64,000 nt of DNA from Takakia lepidozioides (taxonomy: Eukaryota > Plantae > Bryophyta): assembly GCA_030704615.1 (NCBI GenBank), contig CM060734.1, positions 44,020,001 to 44,084,000 on the forward strand. The letters are read 5' to 3'. The notes under the pieces were generated by a model. That model ran no database searches. It worked only from the letters and a program-made list of their open reading frames with translations, and had not been told where the DNA came from. The position numbers were made by a program, and so were the translations under genes. Numbering within the stretch: the first letter of the stretch is position 1; each line of letters begins with the position of its first letter. Of the stretch, positions 39,060-51,776 are shown piece by piece.

Positions 39060-42000
39060 TAGTTATGGCTAAACAGAGTGGCAGAACCCGCAGCGACTAC
39101 TCCCGTGAGAGAGAGGTCGAGATATAGAGTCGGCCGTCATTGTACTTACTTCTAAACAACGGAGTGTATGCGAAAGGTGCAGAGGAAGGAGGCGCTGCTG
39201 ATGAGCGTTTCCAGGGAAATAGCAGGAACACACAGGGTCAAATGCAAGCGAATTTAGTTGATGAAGAAAGTTGTGCACTACACGCCTTATCGCCATGGCA
39301 GGGCGTGCTAAGGCCAGAAGCCAAAGCTAAACGCAGCAAACCCCATGATGGCCGCAGAGCCAACAGCCAATGGCTAGGTCAACAGAAACACCACAAAGCC
39401 AAATGGAAGAACCGCAGGCTGAGGCGCTTGAGACAACAAGAATGGAAACCACGGGCAGTATACGTGAGAGTAGTGCAATGTTCTGATCGAAGAAGCACAA
39501 GGCTCAGCTCCCTCAGATAGTGGAGTAGGCGAGAAGGTTATGAAGCTGCGTATTGTCAAGCAAAGACAGACAACAACCCAATCTGCATACGGACGGAGCT
39601 CACGTACAAAACAAAGAAAGACGCAGGGTAGGAAGTATAAAGAAGGAAACAAGAAAGCTCTCTCGCTATTCTTTCTACTTCTATTGACAATGTCATGCGA
39701 TACTAAGCTTGGTCGGCAGCTGCATTTAGTAAGGCCCAACGAGAGGGAGGTGACTCAGAACGAGGACAAGCACTTGCACATGGTTGGAGCAGGCTGTGTA
39801 ATTAGCAACCCCAAGAGGAGCGTAGGTGCTGATATTCCCTGGAACGTGATGGAGAAGACAATAAGAAAGAGCATTGTGGGAAGGCCAGTGAGTGTTGGAA
39901 AGCCAGGTCTGCCAATTGAGGTTGAGTGGGACAAGGCAGCCAACACTACGGGAAATGGCGAGGCCTTGGTACACACCGACAACGAGCAAAGGAAAATCCA
40001 CAGACAAAATACAGATAAGCTCGAAACCTACATTAATGACAAGTTCTGGCATGTTGATATGAAAAGTCCCTGCAAGAACGCAGCTACACTCTTTAAGATG
40101 ACACTCTCTCTTTCTACAATAACAAGACTCCCTCGTCTCAACATCGATCTACACATGCACAGCGAGGCCCTGAAACTAACACCTTATCAATCAATCAAAA
40201 GCAAGATACTCTACTCTAAAGTCCTGACTCGAACACCATTAATTTTACTCTCATGCCCAAGTAGCAGCTCTCAAATTTGCAAGAGCGATTCAAACCACCT
40301 AACAAGAAAACTAGGATCCATCCCTGTGGAAACCTCTGTGGAAACCTATGTTGCGGAACCAACCATACACTAGTCAATATACCAATTATGCATAGCAAAA
40401 ACACTAATGCAAACTGGCTAATTGTAGAGAATAACCAGAAGACGCTCACAGGCTGGTACAGACCCGACATGCAATCAAAGCTATGGAAGATGAGTGCACC
40501 ACCACCAAGCTTAACAGCAGGAGAAAACATGGACGAAGACATATGTTTCCTGGAAAACAAGAGATGGTTGCATGTTGAGCACAAAGTCATAATAAATGGG
40601 AAAACGCCAAGGAGCACACTGGCAGCACAAAATCACACAGAAGAGGAGCGCATGTCGCCTACTGGACGCGGAATACTGAAGGGCACACTCGCAACACTCA
40701 ACTCTGCCCCAGCTAAGTTCACTACCCAGCCTGGTAGCACTAGAATGCAATTGCTCATTACCGTCGTCAACTCTAGAGGGAATGCCAACACATATCAACT
40801 GTCTATTTTAGTGGCTACTCGGATATACCAAGGTGCCTCCCAAAACTATATGGTATGGAGACCCCTATATGCTTCTGACAGTGCCAATCATTGCCCTGCA
40901 AATTACCTCAGAGCCTTACCACCCCCTGTGTTATCACCTAACCCCGAAACTGGGCCGTCACACAATAACCATGCGCTACCAAAGGCCATACTTGGCACTC
41001 ACTGCTACTATCAGGAACTTAATATGATGCCACAATACATTCTACTGTCATCATACTGTAATCACTATGGGCTTGATAAGCCCAGAACTGAACAAAGAAA
41101 TATGGAGAAGGGTGAAGCTATTTGATTGTGGAAGTATACGCACTGGCCCGTTAGGACTAATCTCTACCGTGCTCAAAGCTTGAAAGTGTTATTGCACTCA
41201 CTGCCTTCAGCGTTACTTGAAAATCGATTGCAATGTTCTATCCACAACTTATCAAAATTCACAAGTGCCATTCAGTGCTATGCTAAAAAACTCAAGGTGA
41301 TATCACAACAATACACTGCTAAAACTCTGAAAGTCTTACTATGTTCCTTTCTGCTAATACGAGTGGGAAATCGATTGATGTGCTACACCAACACGATATC
41401 AAAATCCAAAACTGTCACATGCTGTTATGATAAAAAACGTAATGTGATGGTATCTCAGGTCTTAACTACAATAGGGCAGATTCCTTTGTATACAAACCTA
41501 GGATTTCTGAATAGGGGAAATTTTGATTCTATAATTTTGATGAAGCAGCCCCAAGCAGGAGCAACCATCCAACTCGTGCAACAAGCTTTTACTAAACTGG
41601 TAACCTTTGTGTTGTGTGGAGGGGCTCTAAGTAGACACCAAGGCACTGAATATAAAGGCTTGCTCTCGGTGGACTGCCTTACAGTCATAAGCATTAAATC
41701 ACTGAGAGATAATAGAAGCACACTGGTAGAACTCTTCTGGGCCCGGTGGCCGAATACAATCACCAACTATGGTAAAACACAGCCAGCGAAGCCTTAGAAC
41801 GGGCTTGGATCAGGGACTCTATCAGTATCATCAAAGAAGATAACCAGAGGATATGCTACAAGAAAGGGTCCATGCCACAGATGACAATTATCTCTGTTGC
41901 CTTCAATGTGCACTGCTCAAGCCTATTACTAACTGTATTGTGTGCTGCAATCCAGGACCAAGTAACAAAGGCACGCTAGCAAATTGAGCCCCCCGCCAAG

Positions 42001-45000
42001 AAACAAACAGCCAACAAATAAGAGTAATGGCAGGAGCTCAAATTATGCGTTGTATTCATGAGCCAACCCAGAAACCAGATGCACTATCTAAGAAAATGAC
42101 ACGGACACTCGGGCAACACAATGCACTACCGTCCACAAATGCAGAAAAAGTCTCCATTATTACCAGAAACGTATGTCAGATAACCTGCCATAGGCCACAA
42201 GACGCCACAACAAAGATAGTACAACAATCCATTGCTCAAGATCTGAAAGTCCCAGTACATCCGTTGTTGTTCATGCCAATTGAAAATAGAACTTCGTGTT
42301 ATAGTCACGCGATATCAAAAGCCACAATCGTTAACTGCTGCTATGACCAAAAACTTAAGACAATAGTAACCCAGAATTCGGCTGCAGTAAGACAGAGGGA
42401 CATAAATGTGCACTCAGGACCTTTGCATATCTTGCTTCTCCAGTCTTGGTGAAACTCCCCCAAATACTTAATATGTTGCCACAGTGCACGATAATGCTAC
42501 TGTACTCTGCCTACTACGCGAGTATAAATCCCACCTCCGAACATGGACATATGAAGAGATGTGAAGATTTCTGGCTATGGGAATATGTGCATCACCCCGC
42601 TATGACTAATCACTGCTATGCCCAAAGCATGAACAGAGTACTGCACCCCCTGCTGTCAGCCTCCTATGTAACTCGGCGGCGGTGCTCTACCCCGACAATA
42701 TTAAAGCTCACAAATGTCACCTTCTGCCATGATCAAATACTTACAGTGATGCCAGAACATAGCATTGCTCAAATACTTAAAGCTATATAAAATTAATCCA
42801 CGTTAACTGTCACGCTCAAAGCTTGATGAGGCTTTTGCACTCCCTGCTGGTAGCCCCCCTTGTAATTTGTCGGCAATACTTTATCCACACAGTATTGAAG
42901 CTCGCAAATGCCACTCGTTGCTACGTTCCAAAACTTAAAGTGCTGCCACAATGCTGCAATGCTCAAATTATGAAAATTTGCATGTGTTCAATCACCAGTT
43001 AATCACCAGTCAATCTATGCCAATCACCAGTCTATATAACAGGAGCAATGAACATAATGTGCAACAAAACGTAGCTGAATCAAGGGAGTGGCAATTTATC
43101 CAAGAGTACCCAGAACCAGGAAATAACCATACACCTAACGTAGCCAGAAACACCCCACACGGGAAAGATGTTCAAATTCAAGTACCAATTCAAAAGCTGC
43201 ACAAATTTATGTATGACCTGTTTACTATGAAGGAGAATCCTGACATACAGTGGTCTACAGCGATTACACAGATGTTGACTCCCTCTCAACCAGGCTGTAT
43301 GCTACTGGTACTAACAATACAGAACAGTGTAAATCATCACCACAATCATAAATTTGTCAATCAGTGCCACGATCAGAGACTACACACAGATACATAAGAC
43401 CAAATAAGACTGAGCCCACAATCCTGGCCTGTCTAAGGCATAGGCCTGCTGGTCATATAATTCATAGAATAGCTAAATTAAATCCCAGTAGGTCATGGAG
43501 ACCTCAGATGCACAACCCTTTGGGAACCAAACTCAATACCGCACAAAGCATCGCATGCCAAACCCAGAAACGGCAAGCGAGAAAAGCCACAGTACAAGCT
43601 AATGCAAATAAATGTGAAGCCCCAATACATAACAATGTCGTTCCAGTACAACCTGTCTACCACTACCAAACCCAAGCCTGAACAGAGCCCTATTAAAGTA
43701 GCGCATCCCCCAACAACCCCGCAACGGCGATATCTGGACAACCCCACCAGTGCCAACCAATGCCTTGCCCAAAATCTGCAAGTTTTCCTGTGTTATCTGT
43801 CAACACGAAGGGTTCGAAGGCAACACTATACAAAGGTGCTATCAAGGATCAACACTGGCACCCAAAGCTATGATCAAATATTCTTAATGTTACAACAGCT
43901 CAGGCCACACTACTCTGACCACTCTACTGTTAACACACAAAGCTCACAACATAGGGCTATGGTAGCAACTGTTCAATTCAACCCTAGTGGTGCCACATGG
44001 GGAAAACATTGCCCTCTTCGGTATGTTGCCATAAGTTGGTATGTACAAGAAAACCGTATGAAGGAAGTAGCCCATAGAGGAAACCTTGATGGAAAGTGGG
44101 CGGCAGTCCATAAACCCCCTATATTATGTGCAACATGCGTGCACAAGAATAGACAAAAAACAGGAAACTTCAACTTTGTCCCGCCACCATATGATCCTGA
44201 ACTACTCTCCCTCACCATGACAGGGGAGCAGCCCCAGACACCGGCACCCACGGGGGCTGATTGCATGGAGCGCACAACAACAGTGGACATACACATGCAG
44301 ACCGCCAATGAGTAGGCACATGGATAGCATATTCAACAGCCAAGACAAACTCAACGTAGCTGCCACCAGAAATAGACTCAGATTATATCACAGAACTAGA
44401 CTGTATGAGAGATACAATGCAATAACTCTTTTTCTTATGCTATGTAACGCCCTTTTTACATCACACTGTGACGTAGATGCTGCCAATAGGTCCTATAGTG
44501 TCTGCTCATCTACTGCAATCTGCAATCCTAAATTGTACTACAATCCTACTCCAAATGGGTCTGCTACAGCCCCCACTAACCCTCCCCACAGAGGTTGGCT
44601 TCTCTGTCCCCAAAGCCCACAGCAATGCTTGATTGATGCCCCGCAGATATACAATGTCCTGGTACAAGTGCAGCAAAAAACAGCCACAATAAGAGATCTG
44701 CACAACAAGAACGTCTTGCACCAAAGTAGCAAACACACCGTACAAATAAGGACCAATGAACGCACCATACGTGCACCTTGGATACAGTCAGAGCACCCAC
44801 CTTCTCTGCAGGTTCAGGCTGCTCAAAACACAGATTGGAAAATGTCCCCATATGTGCAAGAAGACTCAACGCTATCAAGGATACTTGTCAAAAAACGAAT
44901 GCAGTTACATATCCACACACCATCAAAGCTCACCATTGCCACTCGCTGCTATGACCAAAAACTTAATGTGACACTACAGTACTGCCCGGCTCAAAGCCTG

Positions 45001-46400
45001 GAAATATCATTGCACTCTCTACTGTCAAAGCTATTTGTAACTCGTATGAAGTATTATATTTATATACCATCAATGTTCAGAATTGTTACTCTCTCCCATG
45101 ATCAAAATTTCAAAGGAAATCAGTACATGCTAATACCACTCTACTATGATCACTGTACTAATGCCATGCACAGGCCTGCACAGAGCCTAAAGAAAGCACC
45201 ATATTCTCTACTACCACTGCAAGATAGCTTAGGGACCAGAACGCACAATAGTGCGTTAATTATAACATGTCCCGGCCAGTTAGCAGATTGGGGTGAAAGG
45301 ACAACATGCCACCCTCAGTAAGGACTGCACACTCGGAAGCTCGTATCCAATGCTCATGCCGCTTTTTAATACCCCCCTGTGACATAGTGCAAAAATACGC
45401 GATGGAACTACGTCCCCTACTGCCAAGTCACACTAGCATCTATGTTGAAGCACATTATGCCACAGGCCAACTACTATGTCTGCAGGAATCCCAACGCCAC
45501 ATCCCCACCCAAAGGGCATATGTACCCATCATGGTCACCCAATACTATGATCAATGTTTACCTCCACTATTACAAATTATGCGGCAGTTACCAGCCACTC
45601 ATACAATTGCGGCCCATCTCCAGGTCCAAATGGCACATACTAAGTGCTTTGTTCAAAAGCTTAATACTACTCATGGTTGTACTCATAAACCCCTTGCTAT
45701 CCGGTATGCTCAAAAGCTACACATCTACTGCTCTACCCCAAAGCCGCACGCTAATTGTTATGCTAAAAACTCCTATAAACATTGCCATGTTGATTTGTCA
45801 ACATATGCCCAAGGTTGTGCCTAGTTACATTGGGCCAAGCTGCACTGGCATCTCAAAGATTGGACTCCAACATAGATCTGGGATCGCGCTGTACATATTG
45901 CAGCAACCCCAACAGGGCACCATGCATAGGCTCATGACTTCAACCAATAATATAAGCCCCTGCTCCAGTCAGAGACCATAAATATCTCTGAAAGTGCACA
46001 ATCTCTACACAGTGCAAGTCATACTTCGAGAGGTTATGGTAAAGCTACACAGGGGCATGTGCGATGACTCTGGCACCCAAATCAGCACATCTAATCCCTA
46101 CTTTGTGAGGGCCCAATTACGGACACACCAAGAGGCCCCATGGCAAACATGATTTCAGGTTTGAGAGTGATGCTTGGAGCAAAACCTGAGCTGACAATAC
46201 CCATTGTGGGGAGTAGCAACACCAGCCAGTGGAGTGGTCTCTGGTGCAGGGCTGTTGCACAAGGTGGCAAATTTCTCAGCCGACTTCCCAAAGCACATTG
46301 GATTCAGATCACCATCAATTGTGCAGGTCTGCCAGCTAGTGCCCAAAAGCAGCTTCAGTACGAGTACGACAACATGGAGTGCAAATACTGACGTCGGCAA
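39060..46400 (+). other. Array of long + strand ORFs with degenerate 147-bp repeats; probably a decayed giant ORF of mobile-element origin
   Basis: ORFs of 277, 282, 223, 141, 148, 237, 337 and 172 aa tile the + strand; a recurring AQSLK..LHSL / CYDQKL unit. Confidence 0.5.
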
Positions 46401-46683
46401 TAATGCAGGTGACATATGGATGCAAATACTGACGTCGGTTTCAAACCTTGCACAAGATTAGTTTCACTTTGTACATTGTTAATAATAAACGAACAATCAA
46501 CTTCAATAGATACAGGGGTAGCGTCGGTAAATTTGAGTTGATGCTGACTAGTAACATACTCCATCTTCGTTTGTAGTCCAGATCCGGCCATGAGTGCAAT
46601 TCCACTGCCCTGCTTCCATTCAAGCTCCACTCTTGACTAGAAAAGATTAGGGCAAGACATACCTATGCTTACTCTGGAACTGG

Positions 46684-48089
46684 TCACACATTATAATGCT
46701 TGCAACGTATTCCATTTACTCTGTTGGGAAACCACTCCCCCCTCAAGGTCTCCAACTGCAAAGAACCATTGTCGAAGACTTCATGTACCACATACGGACC
46801 CATCCACAAAGAGTCGAATTTTGCTTTGAAGTTTTCATTCCTGCTGTCAAACACCATTACCAAATCTCCTTCCTTGAAAGTACGTTTCTTCCTCCTCTTA
46901 TCAAAGCGGGCCTTGTGTTGCCGCTGCACAGACTCAATGTTCGGAGCTACGAATTGCCTAGTTTCATCCAGACCTTCCAAAAACTCAAGTCGCTCCCTTA
47001 GGGACTCAGACTCTGAGAGTCTCTCATCGATAGCCATTCGCAAGGATGGGATTTCCGTTTCAATTGGCATGATGGATTCTACCCCATAAACCAATGAAAA
47101 GGGAGTGTTCTTGGTTGTAACTTTGTGTGTGGTGCGGAATGCCCACAAAGCTGAGATGAGCTTGGTATCCCAGTCTCTCTTGTTGGCTTCTATGGTCTTG
47201 GCCAAAATGTTATATAAGGTCTGATTGGCCCTTTCTACCTGACCGCTCGTCTGAGGATGATAGGGGGTCGCTTTCCGGTGTTTGATGGAGAATGTGACCA
47301 TCATGTCCTCAATGACCTCATTGAGAAAATGCGATCCTCTATCACTAACCAACTCACGAGGACAACCCAATCGAGAAAGGATATACTCAAAGAAAAAAAC
47401 GCAGTAGTTTGAGCATTTGCTTTCCTAACTGCTTTGGCTTCGGCCCACTTTGTCAGATACTCAGTTGCAAGATTGATATATCTGTTCTGTTTGCTAGACG
47501 CTGGATGGATTTCTCCAATGAAATCGATCCCCCACTTCTCAAACGGAGCAAGGGGTAGCATTGGAACCAATGGCATGCCCAGCCTATTGTCCTTGCGTGC
47601 AAACCTCTGACAAGCGTCACAACGACGAACATGCATATGAGCATCTTTGAATATAGAAGGCCAGTAATATCCGGATCGTAAAGCCTTCTGAGCAGTGAGC
47701 CGTCCCGCAAAGTGACCACCGCAGAGGCTATCATGAGCAGCCTCCAATATTTGAGGAACTTCTTCCATAGTGACACATCTTCTCAAAAGTCCCTCTAGCC
47801 CTCTCATATATAACCGTCCTCCCAATAGAACAAATTTCATACTCTGGACCTTGATCTTTCGCCTCTCATGACGGTTCAAGCCTTCTGGGAATTCCAGGGT
47901 GCTCAAATACTGTGCTATGGGCCATGCTGGAACAGTGTCTATAGCGAACAAAAATGCATCAGGAAAGTCATCATTGATATGTTCATCCCCTAACTCTTCA
48001 GAGAGTCTGGAGAGATGGTCTGCTTGGGCATTTAGTCTTCCGGGTTTGTATACCACTTTGTAGTCAGCTCTTGTAACAAAATCAACCAT
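46684..48089 (-). pseudogene. Gypsy integrase (frameshifted)
   Basis: H..GGHF..YYWPSI..CDACQR zinc motif; PFEKWGIDFIG; LVSDRGSHF; PYHPQTSGQVERAN; W.GPY. Confidence 0.93.
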
Positions 48090-49360
48090 CTAGCAATGCG
48101 ACCTGTAAGATCTGGTTTGTTAATCAAATAGCGCAATGCCATGTGATCTACAAAGAAGATGAATGGTGTCTCCAAGAGGTAATGACGATATTTTTGTACT
48201 GCAAAAATCATAGCCAATGCCTCCCTTTCAGTCGTACTATACCTTGATTCTGCATATGTAAGCTGACGGCTGGAAAAAGCAATGGGGTGATCATGGCCTT
48301 TTGTATCAAGTTGACACAAAGCACATCCAACTGCAACTGCTGAAGCGTCAACATACACATGAAAAGGTCTGTCCCAGACTGGTGCTGTCAAAACTGGTGC
48401 TGAGATCAGTTTTTGCTTTAGGTTCTCAAAAGCTTGTTGGCATCCTGTATCCCATGAGAAAACTTGGTTTTTTCTTAATAAGCGGGTCAAGGGGATGGCC
48501 TCTGAGGCGTAGTTTCCCATGAATCTTCTGTACCACCCTACGTGGCCTGACCTTTGATACTGTCTCCGGTGGTAAAAGTTGAGCAATAGCTTTGACCTTG
48601 GATGGGTCAGTAGCAATTCCATGTTTGGACACAATATGGCCTAACAAGAGTCCATGGGTAACAGCAAAGACACATTTCATTGGGTTCAAGGAAATACCAG
48701 TCTCCCTGCATTTGAGAAAGCACTCTCGAAGTGCGGTGATGTGACTGTGGATTTCTCCATGGCAACAAAAATCATCTAAGAAGATAGCGATGTTCCTTCG
48801 AACAATATCGAAAAATGCATAGGTCATCACCCTTTGAAAGGTCAGGGGTGCATTACATAGACCGAATGGCATGCGTGTATAAGCAATAGTGCCCCATGGA
48901 GAAGTGAAAGTCGTCTTCATTACATCTTTTGGATCAATAAACACTTGGTTGCATCCTGAAAACCCATCCATGAAAGAATATATTTATTTCCCTGCCACTT
49001 CCTCTACTAAGGAGTCAAGAAAGGGTAACGGAAAAAGATCTTTGTGAGTGACATTGTTCAGAGGACGGAAGTCCACACAGACCCGCAAGCCTCCAGTTTT
49101 CTTTCTTACAATCACCATTGGTGAAACCCATTCTGAAGTTTCAACAGGGAAGATAAAACCAGCAGCTAATAATTTCTCAATTTCCTTTTTGATTAACAAA
49201 GCCAAATTTGGATTGACCCTTCTTTCCCGCTGTCTTCGCGGCCGTGCTTGCAGAACTAAAGGAATTGCGTGCATTGCAATGTATGGAGGAATCCCTTTCA
49301 GTTCAGTATAGGACCATGCAAAAACATCACGGAATTCCTTGAATAAAACTTGGTACTCTA
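48032..49360 (-). pseudogene. Gypsy reverse transcriptase and RNase H (frameshifted, with stops)
   Basis: SEWVSPMVIVRKK..LRVCVDFR; MPFGLCNAP.TFQR; IFLDDF; FHVYVDAS; YSTTEREALAMIFAVQKYRHYL. Confidence 0.93.
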
Positions 49361-50910
49361 GGACCTGTCTGGAGTCAACTGAGCTCCTACCTTTACCATT
49401 CTGGGAGGTTCATCTCCTACTGACATGTCTATTGTCTGAGTCTTAGGTTCAGAAATGAATTCTGACTCTGTGATTTGATTTGCCAATGCAGGAGTATTCG
49501 TTCGTTGTAGGTAGGGAATGGACAAAGCACTATGTCTCAACACGTCCTGTACTAATTCGTCTTCGTCAATGAGTCTAAGATCAAGGATCTCATGGTTTTC
49601 GTCCTGAGGGAGAGTGCTATTATCCATGCTAACTTGGTCAGAGTTGATTGTGAACAACTCTACCAAAATCCCTTTCTCTGAAAATGGTAGTTCCATATTT
49701 GTCATGGTCTTTCCTTCCACATGAATCATATTCACGGTTTCTTCCCTACCATATAACCACTCGAGACAATCGGAATCGGAATTACACTCATACAACCCTG
49801 GGCCTAATGACTTGACCACATCCCCCAACAAGTTCTTCCCCTCATCAATCATCTTGGGTCGTTTAGGTACCCAAGGCGTAGTTATCACTCTGTTGATTTG
49901 CACTTCAGGTTCTTCTTCAGTATGAAGATCTTCCTCACTCAAATCTTCCGACTCCTCATCTGATCCTATTGCACCGAATTCATCTTCATCAGTTAAGACC
50001 TTGGGTACATATGAGAGGAATGACACTATCACACTATTGGGTTTGACACCATAAGTGATGGTTCCCTTAGCCCAGTCTGTACATGCTTGAGCCTGAACCA
50101 ACCATGGTCTGCCCAACAGTAATGCATACGAGTATCCATCTGACGGAAATTCAATGACTTGGAAGTCCATTGTATATGCAGAATCCCCAGATTGCATCTG
50201 AAGATTAGAAATTTGACCCACTGGCCTAATTCTGCGCTGATCTGCCAATCGGATAATCAATGGGGATTTACGAGTCATGTGTAAACCTAGTTTCTCCATT
50301 GTGGAGAGTGACATGAAGTTCACCGAGCTTCCACCATCTACCAAGCAATGTTGAATAAAACAGTCTACAATCTCCACTTCAATATCTATTGGTCCAGGGT
50401 CTATTCTTGCATTGACATGATGCGATACTGGGAAATTCTCTCGTCTTTTCCTGACCAATGAAGCCTTCAGGGCTTGTCTAACTGTAGGAGCAAGAACAAC
50501 AAGCTGAGCTACTGAAATGTTGGCTTGCATTTGGCGCAGGTCATGCATAAAGTTATAGGGCTCAAGCTCATCGGTAAATCTTATGGTGGTAGACTTCCTT
50601 TTTAGAATTTGAGGACGTTTCGCTGTAGTGTTAGCTGTTTTGACTGCTGACACTTTCGGTCGCATCACTAGTGACGGCAACGGAGTGGACACCTTAACCG
50701 GAGAGTCACTTCCTTCAATACCACAGATTTTCCCTTCCTGATACTGGCTTCATTCTCATTGTGAAGAGTATTAGCAATTTTTGTCACATCATCCTTCACA
50801 ACTTGAAAATCCATTGGTTCTTTATCCGAAGATGAGGTAGGTGTAACCTCTGGAATTACCTCTTCCGGCGTTTGTACCAGCATCTCTCGTTGTTGGCGAG
50901 TCATCACCAC
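49358..50910 (-). pseudogene. Gypsy aspartic protease region and spacer
   Basis: CLVDGGSSVNFM (DGG active site); YALLLGRPWL. Confidence 0.88.
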
Positions 50911-50935
50911 ACATGTGCTCTCCTCGCGTTCCTCC

Positions 50936-51776
50936 CACTACAACAGATCGCAGTATTTATGACTGTATATATGACTATTCTGCAGTCATAAACGGTACAT
51001 ATGACTTCTATGACTGTAAGTCGTGCAAACCAAGTCAATACAATGAGTACATGACGGTACGGTCCGGATGACTACAGTCATATGAACCAAGTGATATCTC
51101 TCACTGCAGTCATATATACCATACTGCAGCCGCCGCTGCTGCGCCACGTGGCGAGGCGCAATTGATTTAAAAAATTAAATCAAATTAAAAAAACTGAAAA
51201 AATAAAAACATATGTCAAACGCCGCGTCGCACCGCATTTTGCCACGTGGCATAGTGCATTTTATAATAATGAAAAAACCACGTGGCAGTCCATCTAGGGT
51301 ACCACGTGCTATCCCTAGCTCGCCTACTAACCCTATGGCCATCTTATCCATTTGATTGTACTTAGAGGAGTTTGAACCTGCAACCTCTTTACTATAAGAG
51401 TTATAGTTCACTACTTGTTAACCAATACACCCATTAATCATTCATATAATCATATGGTGTTTTAATTGTATTATACACACCAAATTACAAAATCCCCAGT
51501 AGTCATCATGACTATGTAACCTCATCCATGTACACTGTAGTCATGGAAATGTCTATGAATGGTGAGCTAAATCTGGTCAATTGCCAGCCTTCCGCCCATT
51601 CCGGAGCCATGTCGTCATACAGACGACTATTTAGATAGTCGTTCATATGACTACAGCCGTATGAACAACTGCGGGAGGTCAATTTCATATAAAAACATGG
51701 TGCAGTCATAATCAAAGTCATGAAAACCATGACTACCACGGTTTGGCAGTCATAACTACCGCGATCTGTTGTAGTG
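50936..51776. mobile_element. Non-autonomous CACTA (En/Spm) element, 841 bp, inserted into gag-pol
   Basis: TIRs CACTACAACAGATCGC ... GCGATCTGTTGTAGTG; many TATGACT/AGTCATA subterminal repeats; 3-bp TSD TCC/TCA (1 mismatch); removing it restores the host frame. Confidence 0.92.

Noticed and set aside
38440-39060. Possible LINE 3' remnant on the minus strand
   Set aside because: Only faint resemblance; too degraded to support
40980-45200. CRISPR-like array
   Set aside because: Eukaryotic context; the repeats are long and degenerate with no repeat-spacer structure
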